Assembly: GCA_043808365.1 (NCBI GenBank)
Contig: JAZDEZ010000001.1
Location: 1-56,894 of the forward strand
Direction of reading: 5' to 3'
From: Patescibacteria group bacterium
Lineage (GTDB): Bacteria; Patescibacteriota; Patescibacteriia; UBA10025; JAHIVO01
Length of the DNA: 56,894 nucleotides
The translations under genes and the position numbers were made by a program. The first letter of the stretch is position 1. Every line of letters begins with the position of its first letter. The notes below the pieces were generated by a model. The model was not told where the DNA came from. It saw only the letters and a program-made list of their open reading frames with translations, and ran no database searches. Positions 42,495 to 54,008 of the stretch are shown piece after piece.

Positions 42495-43334
42495 ATGTTA
42501 ATTGATACCCATGCTCATCTGAATTTTTCCGCCTTTAAGGATGACTTGGACGAAGTAGTGGGCCGGGCGAGCAATGCGGGAATGAAAGTGATCAACGTCG
42601 GTTCGCAATATTCAACGAGCCAGCGGGCCGTAGAACTGGCAAAAAAATATCCTGGAGTCTGTTATGCGGCCATCGGACTGCATCCGATCCACCTTTTTGA
42701 ATTGCACGTCGATGTCGAGGAAATGCCGTTTAATTCCCGGCGGGAGGAGTACCAGGCGGAAGCGTATCGGACGCTGGCAAAAAATCCGGGGGTGGTCGCG
42801 ATCGGCGAAGTCGGCCTGGATTATTTCCAGATTCCTGCCGGGGTGACAAAGACAGATTTCAAGATTAAGCAGAAGTGGGTTTTCCTGAAGCAATTACAAT
42901 TGGCAAAAGAATTAGCATTGCCTGTGATTTTGCATTGTCGAGGCGAGAAAGACGAAATGGAGCATGCGTATCTCGATATGCTCCATGTTCTTAAAGAAGT
43001 GGATTACCAGCGAGTCGTTATCCATTGTTATACTGCAGATTTTGATATCGCTAAAAAATTCCTGGAATTCGGAGCGATGATTTCATTTACCGGCATCATC
43101 ACGTATCCAAAGACCGAAAAACTGGCCACAGTCGTGAAGCGCGTACCTTTAGACAGGATCATGGTCGAGACTGACTGCCCGTATCTGGCGCCGCAAATCG
43201 TGCGCGGCCAGCGCAATGAGCCGCGGTTTGTCCAGTACGTGGCCGGCAGGATTGCCGATATCAAGGGATTACCGTACAATGAAGTCGAGGAGCAGACCAC
43301 GAAAAATGCTTTGAGTTTCTTTAGCCTGAAATAA
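42495..43334 (+). CDS. tatD: TatD family metal-dependent hydrolase, copy 2
   Basis: IDTHAHLNF, IGEVGLDY, ILHCRGE and ETDCPYLAPQIVRGQRNEP. Confidence 0.9.
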   Translation: MLIDTHAHLNFSAFKDDLDEVVGRASNAGMKVINVGSQYSTSQRAVELAKKYPGVCYAAIGLHPIHLFELHVDVEEMPFNSRREEYQAEAYRTLAKNPGVVAIGEVGLDYFQIPAGVTKTDFKIKQKWVFLKQLQLAKELALPVILHCRGEKDEMEHAYLDMLHVLKEVDYQRVVIHCYTADFDIAKKFLEFGAMISFTGIITYPKTEKLATVVKRVPLDRIMVETDCPYLAPQIVRGQRNEPRFVQYVAGRIADIKGLPYNEVEEQTTKNALSFFSLK

Positions 43335-43411
43335 TAGCCGATTGACATACTATCTATTTGAGGTAAGATGGCCTCAGACGAACCTTCCCCATAACACAGG
43401 GGAATTTTTGT

Positions 43412-43699
43412 ATGACGTATTACGTGTATATTCTTACCAACAAGTCCAATACAGTACTGTATATCGGGACTACTCGTAATCTTGAATATCGGGTTTGGCA
43501 ACATAAACATAAAGAAGTGCCTGGATTCACTAGTCGTTATAATGTAGTGAAGTTAGTTTATTATGAGGAATATGATTTGGCGATTGACGCGTTTACTAGG
43601 GAGAAACGTCTGAAAAATTGGCATCGGGATTGGAAAATTAATTTAGTCACTGGTGTTAACCCAACTTTCGTTGACCTGTCAGCTGCGTGGTATAGATAG
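43412..43699 (+). CDS. GIY-YIG nuclease family protein, paralog 2
   Basis: YYVYILTNKSNTVLYIGTTRNLEYRVWQHK...REKRLKNWHRDWKINL; clearly paralogous to 34956-35258. Confidence 0.85.
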   Translation: MTYYVYILTNKSNTVLYIGTTRNLEYRVWQHKHKEVPGFTSRYNVVKLVYYEEYDLAIDAFTREKRLKNWHRDWKINLVTGVNPTFVDLSAAWYR

Positions 43700-43701
43700 A
43701 G

Positions 43702-43722
43702 ATGCCGAAACAAGTTCGGCAT
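43702..43722. repeat. 21-nt hairpin ATGCCGAA-acaag-TTCGGCAT
   Basis: Same element as 35307-35327 in the opposite orientation (loop is the reverse complement of cttgt). Confidence 0.65.
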
Positions 43723-43765
43723 GATGGTTTTATTATTTTGCATGAGGGAATTGTTATATTTCCTC

Positions 43766-43786
43766 ATCCTGAACTTGTTTCAGGAT
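43766..43786. repeat. 21-nt hairpin ATCCTGAA-cttgt-TTCAGGAT
   Basis: Third copy; stem position 3 changes G:C to C:G. Confidence 0.65.
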
Positions 43787-43855
43787 CCCGAGCATCCCGC
43801 AGGCTGTTTTTTACTGCTGATTGTTTTTAATGAATATTTACGCTACAATATACCC

Positions 43856-44923
43856 ATGCAAACAGCGGTTGTAATATTATCCATCCTGATACTCGCCGGC
43901 ATTATTGCCTTATTTTTCAATTTACGAAAAAAAGACAAAGAACCGGCCGACCAAAAGGACCTAACTGAAAAAATGGTCCGGCTGGAAGAGCGTATCGGCC
44001 AGCTGAATGAGAAAAGCACGGAGATTACCCGTACGCTGGACAGCAAATTAAGCGAATCAACCCGCGCTTTGCAGGACCAGTTCGGGCAGTCAGCTAAGAT
44101 CGTCCGCGATGTCACCGAGCGTCTGACTAAGCTTGACGAGACGAACAAGCAGGTGTTGAATTTTTCCGACCAGCTGCGGAATTTACAAGATATTTTACAG
44201 AATCCAAAACAGCGGGGGATACTGGGTGAATATTTTCTTGACGGCCTCCTAAAAAATGTCTTGCCGCCCGGCTCGTACCAGATGCAATACAAATTCAAGG
44301 ACGGTGAAATTGTCGACGCGGTGGTCAAGATCAAGGATCGGCTGGTGCCGATTGACTCGAAGTTCAGTCTGGAAAACTACAATCGGCTGGCGGCCACGCA
44401 TATCGAAGAAGAAAGAAAAATTTTAGAAAAGGCGTTCGTGAATGACCTGAAAGTCCGGATCCAGGAAACCGCGAAATACATCCGGCCGAGTGAAAATACC
44501 CTGGACTTTGCCTTCATGTTTATTCCCTCGGAAGCGATTTATTACGACCTGCTGGTTAACAAAGTCGGGGCGATCACCGAGGATACGGAGAATTTAATAC
44601 AGCGCGCCGCGAACAAGTACCATGTCATTATTGTTTCGCCGACGTCATTTTTAGCTTACTTGCAGACAGTCTTAGAGGGGTTGCGCGCCATGCAGATCGA
44701 GGAGTCGGCAAAAGAGATTAGGAAAAACGTGGAACAGCTGGCCAAGCATATTTCCAGTTATGACGTTTATATGCAGAAATTAGGCCAGCATTTGGGAACG
44801 ACTGTCAACACATACAACACCGCGTATAAAGAATTCAAAAAGGTAGATAAGGACGTGTTGAAAATCGCCGAGGTCGGCGGGGGAGTGGAGCCGCTGGAGA
44901 TTGAGAAACCGAAAGAGGAGTAG
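43856..44923 (+). CDS. rmuC: DNA recombination protein RmuC
   Basis: N-terminal TM helix, coiled-coil, then RGILGEYFL, VDAVVK...PIDSKF and FIPSEAIY blocks; start set at MQTAVVIL. Confidence 0.85.
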   Translation: MQTAVVILSILILAGIIALFFNLRKKDKEPADQKDLTEKMVRLEERIGQLNEKSTEITRTLDSKLSESTRALQDQFGQSAKIVRDVTERLTKLDETNKQVLNFSDQLRNLQDILQNPKQRGILGEYFLDGLLKNVLPPGSYQMQYKFKDGEIVDAVVKIKDRLVPIDSKFSLENYNRLAATHIEEERKILEKAFVNDLKVRIQETAKYIRPSENTLDFAFMFIPSEAIYYDLLVNKVGAITEDTENLIQRAANKYHVIIVSPTSFLAYLQTVLEGLRAMQIEESAKEIRKNVEQLAKHISSYDVYMQKLGQHLGTTVNTYNTAYKEFKKVDKDVLKIAEVGGGVEPLEIEKPKEE

Positions 44924-44957
44924 CGGAATTCATTCTGCCCTGGATAATATTAATCAT

Positions 44958-45905
44958 ATGAGGCAAACTCTAGAAAGTGTTCCAGGTACGGATCCAACGA
45001 TGGAGCGCGTATCTGTCAGCGCGTCTCCTGAACAGGAAGTTGACGATTTTACGCGTTCGTTCGAGAGGCTGCCGGACCGGGTCAGAGAAACACTTGGTGC
45101 CGAGGAGCGGCAAATGTTGAGGCGAATATTCGATAAAGATCCGTTTACATTCAAACATTCAGTGGCAGTTACGGAAATTATTAATAAGGTATGGGGAGAA
45201 TTTTCCGGAGAATTGGAACGGGAAGGCATTAATTATAAAAATATGGTTGATGCCGCCGCCCTGCACGACGTCGGGAAGCTGGCTCTGCCTGACTGCATCC
45301 TGAAAAGCTCGATACAGAAAGATCAATTCGCTGATTTGTTCATGGATTTCGTCCGTGAACAGCCGGACCGCGCCACAGACATCTTGAGGAGCAAGGGGAT
45401 ATTGTCCGGCAAACGGACCGCTCAGGATGTAACTGAAAAAAATTTACGGCGCCTGGATCACCGTGACGTGGTGCCGCTCGAATTTTGTTTCCGTGACCAG
45501 CCGGCAGCCATGGCGGAAATAATACACAGCGGGTTGGATGCGCAGGGGTCATTTCTGGACGCGATAAAGATTCACGAAGGTAAATCAAGAGAGATAATCA
45601 GCCAATCGCAATTACCGCATAGAGAACTTGTCGCCGCGCTGGCCGGTTCGCATCATAATTACGATGCAAAGGCGGAGGTGCGATATTCAAACGGAAATGA
45701 AGCGGTTAAACTGCCAGTTAACGCGAGTGAAGTTTTGCATATCAGCGATGTTTTCCAGGCCATGACCGGGCATCGTAAGTACCAGGATGCCATGACAGAA
45801 TCAGCCGCCATTGATCGCATTGCCGAAATGGCCAGGCAGGGCGTATTGAGTAATGATATCGCGGAGCGGTGGGTAGCCGCCTATAAACGCTCATCTGGAA
45901 TTTAA
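44958..45905 (+). CDS. HD-domain phosphohydrolase (HD-GYP-like, degenerate)
   Basis: AAALHDVGKLALPD and downstream SHHNYD; start uncertain (44901 or 44958). Confidence 0.65.
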   Translation: MRQTLESVPGTDPTMERVSVSASPEQEVDDFTRSFERLPDRVRETLGAEERQMLRRIFDKDPFTFKHSVAVTEIINKVWGEFSGELEREGINYKNMVDAAALHDVGKLALPDCILKSSIQKDQFADLFMDFVREQPDRATDILRSKGILSGKRTAQDVTEKNLRRLDHRDVVPLEFCFRDQPAAMAEIIHSGLDAQGSFLDAIKIHEGKSREIISQSQLPHRELVAALAGSHHNYDAKAEVRYSNGNEAVKLPVNASEVLHISDVFQAMTGHRKYQDAMTESAAIDRIAEMARQGVLSNDIAERWVAAYKRSSGI

Positions 45906-45922
45906 AGTCCCAACAAATAAAA

Positions 45923-45961
45923 AATCGCTTTCCTTATCAGGAAAGCGATTCTAGTTTTTTA
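45923..45961. terminator. Bidirectional intrinsic terminator
   Basis: AATCGCTTTCC ttatca GGAAAGCGATT (11 bp), flanked by an A-run upstream and a T-run downstream, between convergent genes. Confidence 0.8.
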
Positions 45962-46004
45962 GAAAAGGGCGAGGTGAGCTGTCAGTGAGGCTCGCGGCCG
46001 GCCT

Positions 46005-46607
46005 TTATTGATGGTAGGCGGACGGAATCACTGGGTAGGGTGAAGCGGTCATTGTGTCGTACGGGCTAAGCGGCGGTACGGACCAGATGATATAGCGATG
46101 TTTCTCCACTCCATTATATGTCTGCAATTTCATGTATTGTCCGGCTTGGCTGTATTCCAGCATGCCCGTTTCGGTCAGGAATTGATAGGTCGTCTGTCCA
46201 GTTGCTAGACAGCGCTGGGCGATCACCATCGGCATATTAGTCACGCGCGTCGTGACATAGATGCTCGTATTGAGTGTCGGGCAGGTGTCCGGCTGCATTG
46301 AGTGTGGCGCATAGGCGAAATAAATCCGGCAATCGGGATCGGCGGTGATCGGGGTCTGCGGCAACCGAACATCGTGGATGCGGTTGAATTCACTAACTGT
46401 CGTTCCTAGGTTTCTGAGGGAGGCATGAGAATCATAGTCAGGCGCTTTCCGTTGTTCCGTAGCCAGGATGGAATCCAGCACGGCGAAGGCGCTGATGATG
46501 TTTTCAGGAGTTATGTTTTCCTGCGCGCACCAGTCAGTTAGATTCGTGTCGGCGATCCATGATGTTGGCCATGATAAAATGCAAACGGCTATAATGGTAA
46601 GGAACAT
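46005..46607 (-). CDS. Hypothetical secreted protein, 200 aa
   Basis: N-terminal hydrophobic signal-like segment MFLTIIAVCILSWP; several Cys; no family recognised. Confidence 0.6.
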   Translation of the reverse strand: MFLTIIAVCILSWPTSWIADTNLTDWCAQENITPENIISAFAVLDSILATEQRKAPDYDSHASLRNLGTTVSEFNRIHDVRLPQTPITADPDCRIYFAYAPHSMQPDTCPTLNTSIYVTTRVTNMPMVIAQRCLATGQTTYQFLTETGMLEYSQAGQYMKLQTYNGVEKHRYIIWSVPPLSPYDTMTASPYPVIPSAYHQ

Positions 46608-46837
46608 GGGGACCCTCCTTGGTCGGTGAAGTGTTTGTTTTTACTTTTCAGATAATTCTACTTGAATTGGGTTGGCTTGTCAATGCCAATGATTGTTATA
46701 AAAAATTTGGTAACTTAATAGTCATTTTCAAAAAAACATTTTTCCACGCAGTTAACGGAAAAGCGTCTGGATATTATGGCTCGGTGTGATTTTTTTAGCT
46801 AATATTAGCCATTAAGTATTAAGATGAAAAATCCCCC

Positions 46838-46866
46838 TTGATTAATAGGCGAAAATGCATTAGAAT
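46838..46866 (+). promoter_or_regulatory. Candidate promoter ahead of the atp operon
   Basis: TTGATT, 17-nt spacer, TAGAAT, about 180 nt upstream of 47046. Confidence 0.4.
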
Positions 46867-47045
46867 AGAGCCGCATTGTGGATATTTTTGCAAGGAATTG
46901 ACCATTTGGGCCAGTCCTGAAAAATCTGTAAAAGAACAGGAAAACGCGCCTAATATTCACGCAAGGCCGATGACGTCTTTCTAAAGATTTTTTGGCCTTG
47001 GGGGTACGACCCCTCCCGGAACATTTTTATAGTAGATTATATTTT

Positions 47046-47336
47046 ATGGCAGAAAAGCCAAACACAGCCTGGTGGCAGCCGGCCCTGACCATTTTTTCGC
47101 AAGTAACCGGCTGGATAGTGGTGCCAATCGTGGCGTCGCTGTTTATCGGCCGGGCGCTGGATCGGAAATTCGGGACTGAACCGTGGTGGTTTCTGGGCAT
47201 GACCGCGATGGCAGTGGTAATCAGCACCATCGGCATTGTGCGGATTGCCGGCAAGTATTTACGGCAGGTCGAATCAGAGGGAAAGAAGAAACAAGAGAAC
47301 CAAAAGAATAATGAGCGAAACAACCAGCACAATTAA
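47046..47336 (+). CDS. AtpZ/AtpI-like small membrane protein
   Basis: Two TM helices, first gene of the atp operon, basic/N-rich tail; overlaps the atpB start. Confidence 0.6.
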   Translation: MAEKPNTAWWQPALTIFSQVTGWIVVPIVASLFIGRALDRKFGTEPWWFLGMTAMAVVISTIGIVRIAGKYLRQVESEGKKKQENQKNNERNNQHN

Positions 47337-48162
47337 TAGTGGAGAACAGTCACCGCAAGAAGTAACTCACGAGGTAACGTTGTATGCTGAGCCGGTTTTT
47401 TCTATCGGAAAATTTACTGTCACAAACACCCTGATCAATACGTGGGCGGTCGTACTCATTATTGCGCTGGCATCGTTAGTGATCAGGAAAAAGATCGCAA
47501 AAGTCCCGCGTGGCATCCAGAATGCTTTTGAAATTATTGTTGAAGGCGCCATGAATATGGCCGACTCAGTGACCGGCGACCGCCGCAAGACTGAAAAAAT
47601 ATTCCCATTCGCCCTGTCGGCGTTTTTATTCATCTTGTTGAACAATTGGCTGGGTTTATTGCCCGGTATCGGGTCTATCGGCTGGCTGGAGCAGGGACAT
47701 GGGGGGTCGGTGTTCGTCCCGTGGTTTCGCGGCGGCACGGCTGACTTGAATACCACCTTGGCATTGGCGTTATTCGCCGTAATCGGATCAAACATTTTCG
47801 GCTTGGTCACTGTCGGGATCATGCGCCATCTGAATAAGTACGTGAATGTGAAGGTGCTGGCTGACATTCCGCGCAAACTGCGCCAAGAGCCGACCATTTT
47901 GATCGTGAACCCAATCAAGTTTTTCGTGGGGATCATCGAGATCATCGGTGAAATTGCCAAAGTAGCCTCGTTATCGTTCCGGTTGTTCGGGAATATTTTC
48001 GCCGGTGAAGTGCTGCTGACCTCGATTGCCGTCATTTTCGCATTTGTCCTGCCGATCCCATTCATGTTTTTGGAAGTAATTGTCGGCATCATCCAGGCGC
48101 TTATTTTTTCCATGTTATTGCTGGTATATTTCACTATCGCTTCGACAGCCGAAGAACACTAG
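47311..48162 (+). CDS. atpB: F0 ATP synthase subunit a
   Basis: Conserved C-terminal SLSFRLFGNIFAGEVL with the essential Arg. Confidence 0.9.
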   Translation: MSETTSTINSGEQSPQEVTHEVTLYAEPVFSIGKFTVTNTLINTWAVVLIIALASLVIRKKIAKVPRGIQNAFEIIVEGAMNMADSVTGDRRKTEKIFPFALSAFLFILLNNWLGLLPGIGSIGWLEQGHGGSVFVPWFRGGTADLNTTLALALFAVIGSNIFGLVTVGIMRHLNKYVNVKVLADIPRKLRQEPTILIVNPIKFFVGIIEIIGEIAKVASLSFRLFGNIFAGEVLLTSIAVIFAFVLPIPFMFLEVIVGIIQALIFSMLLLVYFTIASTAEEH

Positions 48163-48189
48163 GAATAATGCAAAATTAATAATTTATAA

Positions 48190-48432
<243 letters not shown>

Positions 48433-48469
48433 TCTTTTTACATGCAGGACAGCCCACCCCCTTTATGTT

Positions 48470-48492
48470 CCCCCTCCCTCGTAGGGAGGGGG
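48470..48492 (+). other. Perfect 10-bp GC-rich hairpin between atpE and atpF
   Basis: CCCCCTCCCT cgt AGGGAGGGGG, followed by a further G-rich run and no T-run. Confidence 0.7.
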
Positions 48493-48546
48493 AAAGGGGG
48501 AGGGGAAGCTCTGAAGCAAGAGGATTACAATTAGCTTTTTTATCTT

Positions 48547-49044
48547 ATGGACGAATTAGTAAAGACATTTCATATTGACTGGAAGCTGCTGGTCGCCCAG
48601 CTGATCAATTTCGGCATCGTGCTTGGCGTGCTCTGGTATTTCGCCCTGCGGCCGCTCATGAAAATGATGAGCAAGCGTACCTCGGCCATCGACCAGAGCC
48701 TGAAGGACGCGAAGGAAATCGAGAAGAAATTGCATGAAGCCCAGCACAGCAAGGAGTCGATCATTACTGAGGCGAAAAAAGAGTCAGCCATCATCATCGA
48801 GCAGGCCTATGGCGAAGGGGAAAAGGTCCGAGAGCAGAAAATAAAAGAAACACGGGAAGAAATGGAAAAAATGGCCGCGAAGGTCAAGTCCGAGCTGCTT
48901 GATGAAAAAGAGAAAATGGTTGCCTCGGCCAAGCAGGAAGTGGCAGGTCTCGTAATTGCGGTGGCGGGGAAGATACTGGAGAAGAATATTGATACTGAAA
49001 CGAACCGGCATTTAGCCCAGGAAACGATTAAGCAGGCCAAATAA
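48547..49044 (+). CDS. atpF: F0 ATP synthase subunit b
   Basis: N-terminal TM helix followed by a long charged helix; operon position. Confidence 0.85.
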   Translation: MDELVKTFHIDWKLLVAQLINFGIVLGVLWYFALRPLMKMMSKRTSAIDQSLKDAKEIEKKLHEAQHSKESIITEAKKESAIIIEQAYGEGEKVREQKIKETREEMEKMAAKVKSELLDEKEKMVASAKQEVAGLVIAVAGKILEKNIDTETNRHLAQETIKQAK

Positions 49045-49049
49045 GAATT

Positions 49050-49451
49050 ATGCAGAAAATCAGCCCTAAAAAATACGCCGTCATCCTGCACCAGGTCCTG
49101 TCCGGACTTCCGGAAAAAGACATGCCTCAGGCTATGAAGTTGTTCGTGAAAATGGTGGCTAGGAACAAAAACCTGTCAAAAACGGATCGGATCATCAGGT
49201 CATATCAACATATAGCCGATCAAGAATCCGGAGTAACCGAAGTGACGGTGGTGACCGCCGCAGAACCTGATCAGCACCAGCATGCACTCATTGTACAGGA
49301 CTTGAAAAAAATATTCGGCGAGGCCCTGCGGGTGAAGCAGGAGACCGAGCCGAGCATGATCGGCGGAGTAAAGTTGAAGTACGGCGATACCATCGTGGAT
49401 GGAAGCATTCGCCAGCGACTTCAAACATTAGCCACATCATTTACAAAATAA
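49050..49451 (+). CDS. atpH: F1 ATP synthase subunit delta (short, 133 aa)
   Basis: Operon position and C-terminal IGGVKLKYGDTIVDGSIRQRL block typical of delta/OSCP. Confidence 0.7.
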   Translation: MQKISPKKYAVILHQVLSGLPEKDMPQAMKLFVKMVARNKNLSKTDRIIRSYQHIADQESGVTEVTVVTAAEPDQHQHALIVQDLKKIFGEALRVKQETEPSMIGGVKLKYGDTIVDGSIRQRLQTLATSFTK

Positions 49452-49473
49452 TTCATAATTTTTAGAAATTTAT

Positions 49474-51006
49474 ATGCCAACCACAGATTACATTGTTGGA
49501 GAGCTAAAAAAGCAGATTGCAGATTTTAAATCAACCATTGCGCACGCCAAGGTCGGCACTGTCGAAGAAGTCGGCGACGGTATCGCCCGTCTGTCCGGAC
49601 TGTCAAACGTCATGGCTTCGGAAATGCTGGAGTTTTCCGATGGGGTGTACGGCGTCGTCCTCAACCTTGAGGAAGATTCCGTCGGTGCCATCATCCTCGG
49701 CGACTATACCGGCATCAAGGTGGGCGACCAGGTGAAAAGTACCGGCAAGGTGCTACAGGTGCCTGTCGGGAAAAATTTAGTCGGCCGTGTCGTGAATCCG
49801 CTTGGCCAACCTTTGGACGGCAAGGGCGAGATAAAATCTGACGCATTTTATCCGGTGGAGAAAATCGCGCCCCGCGTCATCACCCGTGAATCGGTAAAGA
49901 CGCCGTTGCAGACCGGCATCAAAGCCATTGATTCCATGATCCCGATCGGCCGGGGCCAGCGCGAATTGATCATCGGCGACCGCCAGACCGGCAAGACCGC
50001 TCTGACGCTGGATGCCATTATCAACCAAAAGGGTAAAGGCGTGATTTGTATTTATGTCGCCATTGGCCAGAAAGAATCAAAAATTGCCAAGATCGTGACT
50101 GAATTCGAGAAGCATGGTGCCATGGAGCATACGATCGTGGTGGTAGCTGGCGCATCTGATCCGGCTTCATTGTCCTACATTGCCCCGTATGCCGGCTGTG
50201 CCATGGGCGAATATTTTATGGACCAGGGCGGGGATGCGCTGGTGATCTATGACGACTTGTCTAAGCACGCCTGGGCTTATCGTGAAATATCATTGCTGTT
50301 GCGCCGTCCGCCGGGCCGTGAAGCGTATCCAGGGGACGTGTTTTATCTGCACTCCCGTTTGCTCGAGCGGGCCGCAAAACTGAACAAGAATTACGGCGGC
50401 GGCTCGTTGACCGCATTGCCGATCATTGAAACGCAGGCCGGCGATATCTCGGCTTATATCCCGACCAACGTCATTTCCATCACAGACGGACAGATTTATC
50501 TGGAATCAGATTTATTTTACCAGGGCATCCGGCCGGCTTTGAACGTCGGCTTGTCAGTATCACGCGTCGGCTCGTCCGCCCAAACTAAGGCCATGAAAAA
50601 AGTGGCTGGCAAGCTTCGCCTCGACCTGGCGCAATATCGCGAGTTAGCGGGTTTTGCCCAATTCGGTTCCGACTTGGACGAATCGACACGCAAACAATTG
50701 GAACGCGGCAAGCGTCTGACTGAAATGCTGAAGCAGATCCAATTCCAGCCCATGCCCGTTGAAAACCAAATTACGATCATCTACGCGGCAGTGAACGGAT
50801 ACCTGGATGACGTTGAGGCGAGCCGAGTGCAGGAATTTGAGGCCGCATTCCATAAGTATTTCAACGCCAGTAAGGCAGATTTGCTGAAAAAGATCCTCAG
50901 TGTCGGGGAATTAACTCCTGAGGTTGATGATTTGCTGAAAGTAGCTATTGAAGATTTCAGGAAGACTACGGACTACGGACTACGGACTACCGCGGCTGGA
51001 AAATAG
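49474..51006 (+). CDS. atpA: F1 ATP synthase subunit alpha
   Basis: Walker [10 protein letters not shown]; the last 14 codons are encoded by the heptamer tract at 50964-50991. Confidence 0.95.
   Translation: MPTTDYIVGELKKQIADFKSTIAHAKVGTVEEVGDGIARLSGLSNVMASEMLEFSDGVYGVVLNLEEDSVGAIILGDYTGIKVGDQVKSTGKVLQVPVGKNLVGRVVNPLGQPLDGKGEIKSDAFYPVEKIAPRVITRESVKTPLQTGIKAIDSMIPIGRGQRELIIGDRQTGKTALTLDAIINQKGKGVICIYVAIGQKESKIAKIVTEFEKHGAMEHTIVVVAGASDPASLSYIAPYAGCAMGEYFMDQGGDALVIYDDLSKHAWAYREISLLLRRPPGREAYPGDVFYLHSRLLERAAKLNKNYGGGSLTALPIIETQAGDISAYIPTNVISITDGQIYLESDLFYQGIRPALNVGLSVSRVGSSAQTKAMKKVAGKLRLDLAQYRELAGFAQFGSDLDESTRKQLERGKRLTEMLKQIQFQPMPVENQITIIYAAVNGYLDDVEASRVQEFEAAFHKYFNASKADLLKKILSVGELTPEVDDLLKVAIEDFRKTTDYGLRTTAAGK
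50964..50991 (+). repeat. Heptamer tandem repeat (GACTACG x3 + GACTACC), left arm of the cassette
   Basis: Read directly; translated as TTDYGLRTT at the atpA C-terminus. Confidence 0.9.
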
Positions 51007-51010
51007 GGAT

Positions 51011-51370
51011 ATGTATTTCAGATTTGAAAAATTGGAGGTATGGAAATTAGCAAAAGATTTTGCGAGCAAGATTTACGGTTTGACAAAAAGTTTTCCTGAT
51101 TCAGAACGATTTGGAATGGTGTCTCAGTTACGAAGAGCAGCCATTTCAATCTCGATGAATATTGCCGAAGGATTTGATAGAAAATCTGATGCAGATTTTA
51201 TAAGATTCTTGCGGATGTCAATCGGTTCTCTTGAGGAAGTTATTACCGTCTTATATATCGCCATTGACCAAAAGTACATCAAGTCGGACGATTTCAAGTC
51301 AGCCTATCAAGACACTAATTTATTAGCAGCAAAAATTAACGCTTTAATAAAAAGTCTTCAGACGAAATAA
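51011..51370 (+). CDS. Four-helix-bundle protein (23S rRNA intervening-sequence protein family)
   Basis: MYFRFEKLEVWKLAKDFASKIYGLTKSFPDSERFGMVSQLRRAAISISMNIAEG is the classical family signature. Confidence 0.85.
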   Translation: MYFRFEKLEVWKLAKDFASKIYGLTKSFPDSERFGMVSQLRRAAISISMNIAEGFDRKSDADFIRFLRMSIGSLEEVITVLYIAIDQKYIKSDDFKSAYQDTNLLAAKINALIKSLQTK

Positions 51371-51382
51371 CCATACTGTGGT

Positions 51383-51402
51383 CGGTAGTCTGTGGACCGT
51401 AG
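51383..51402 (+). repeat. Right arm of the cassette (inverted partner of 50964-50992)
   Basis: CGGTAGTC pairs with GACTACCG (50985-50992) and CCGTAG with an upstream CTACGG. Confidence 0.65.
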
Positions 51403-51411
51403 ACAAGCCTT

Positions 51412-52320
51412 ATGGCTATAATGACACGAGAAATTAAGCGTCGGATCCGATCCGTCACCAGCACGCGCAAGATCACTAAAGCGATGGAGCTGGTGGCGGC
51501 CGCGAAAATGAGACGCGCGGTCAAAGCTGTCTTGGCAACGCGCGCGTATTCGCACGCGGCCTGGCAAATCGTTCAGGAGCTGGCTAGCCTGACCGATCCG
51601 GCGTCGCATCAACTCTTACAAAAGCGAACTACGGTAAGAAAAGTCGGCGTGATTATGATGACTTCAAACCGCGGATTATGCGGCGGGTTTAACCATGAAA
51701 TCATCGATATGGTCGCTGAATACGTCAGGAATTATCCGAAGGAAAATAGTCAGGTTGACACTGAGGTATTATTGATGGGCAAGCGCGGCCGTGACATCAT
51801 GTACAAACATGGACATGAGATTGTGGCGGAGTTTGACAAGGTTGACGTAGCGCTACGCGTTACGGAAGTTACGCCTCTCGCGCAAATGGCCATTGCTGAT
51901 TATATTTCCGGTAAATATGACAAAGTCGTAATCGCATACACTGATTATTTTTCAGCCATGAAACAGAAACCCCGCATCAAACGGTTATTGCCGATCAGCC
52001 ACGAGGATGACGAACTGGGCAGTATTGGCGGAGCTGCTCATAAAAAAAATAATGAAAAAGATCACGAATACCTTTTTGAGCCCTCAACAGATATAGTGCT
52101 AGACCAAATGTTAGCCAGGCTCATAGAAGTGCAGCTGTACCAGGCCTTACTGGAATCAAACGCGTCAGAACATTCAGCGCGGATGATGGCCATGCGTAAT
52201 GCCTCGGATGCGGCATCGGACATGATCAGCGACCTGACGCTGACGTTCAACCAAGCTCGCCAACAGATGATCACCTCTGAACTGGCCGATATTTCCTCTG
52301 GCAGCGCCGCAGTTTCATAA
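51412..52320 (+). CDS. atpG: F1 ATP synthase subunit gamma
   Basis: N-terminal IKRRIRSVTSTRKITKAMELVAAAKMRRA and C-terminal ITSELADISSGSAA. Confidence 0.9.
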   Translation: MAIMTREIKRRIRSVTSTRKITKAMELVAAAKMRRAVKAVLATRAYSHAAWQIVQELASLTDPASHQLLQKRTTVRKVGVIMMTSNRGLCGGFNHEIIDMVAEYVRNYPKENSQVDTEVLLMGKRGRDIMYKHGHEIVAEFDKVDVALRVTEVTPLAQMAIADYISGKYDKVVIAYTDYFSAMKQKPRIKRLLPISHEDDELGSIGGAAHKKNNEKDHEYLFEPSTDIVLDQMLARLIEVQLYQALLESNASEHSARMMAMRNASDAASDMISDLTLTFNQARQQMITSELADISSGSAAVS

Positions 52321-52336
52321 ATTTTTTTTAATTTTT

Positions 52337-52405
52337 AATTACTAATTCCTAATCAAACCCCAATGATTTAATGACCAATTAGACATTGATTAGAAATTAG
52401 AAATT
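52337..52405. repeat. ORF-less inverted heptamer-periodic arms in the atpG-atpD spacer
   Basis: AATTACTAATTCCTAATC (52337-52354) vs the reverse complement of GATTAGAAATTAGAAATT (52388-52405): 16/18; AAACCCCAAT directly follows the left arm. Confidence 0.7.
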
Positions 52406-52428
52406 CGTCATTAGTAATTAAATAATAG

Positions 52429-53823
<1,395 letters not shown>

Positions 53824-53875
53824 ATAGACTCGTACTCGTCGAGAGGTTTGATGCCAGCACTATGAAGGGTCGATA

Positions 53876-53999
53876 AATTACCAATAACCAATATCCAATT
53901 TCCAATGAAACCCCAATTTTCAATAAACCAATGACTGATATAATTTTACATTGTGGCATTGGACATTCATTGGATATTGGAATTTGGTAATTGGATATT
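53876..53999. repeat. ORF-less inverted heptamer-periodic arms in the atpD-atpC spacer
   Basis: 34-nt arms (53876-53909 and 53966-53999) match 28/34 as an inverted repeat; units aattacc aataacc aatatcc aatttcc; AAACCCCAAT at 53908-53917. Confidence 0.7.
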
Positions 54000-54008
54000 A
54001 ACAAACAT

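Noticed and set aside
47367-48134. 255-aa minus-strand ORF antisense to atpB, and similar ORFs antisense to atpD (52770-53342), metG (40273-40878) and the permease (32371-33021)
   Set aside because: Each overlaps a confidently identified gene on the other strand and shows no recognisable family features.
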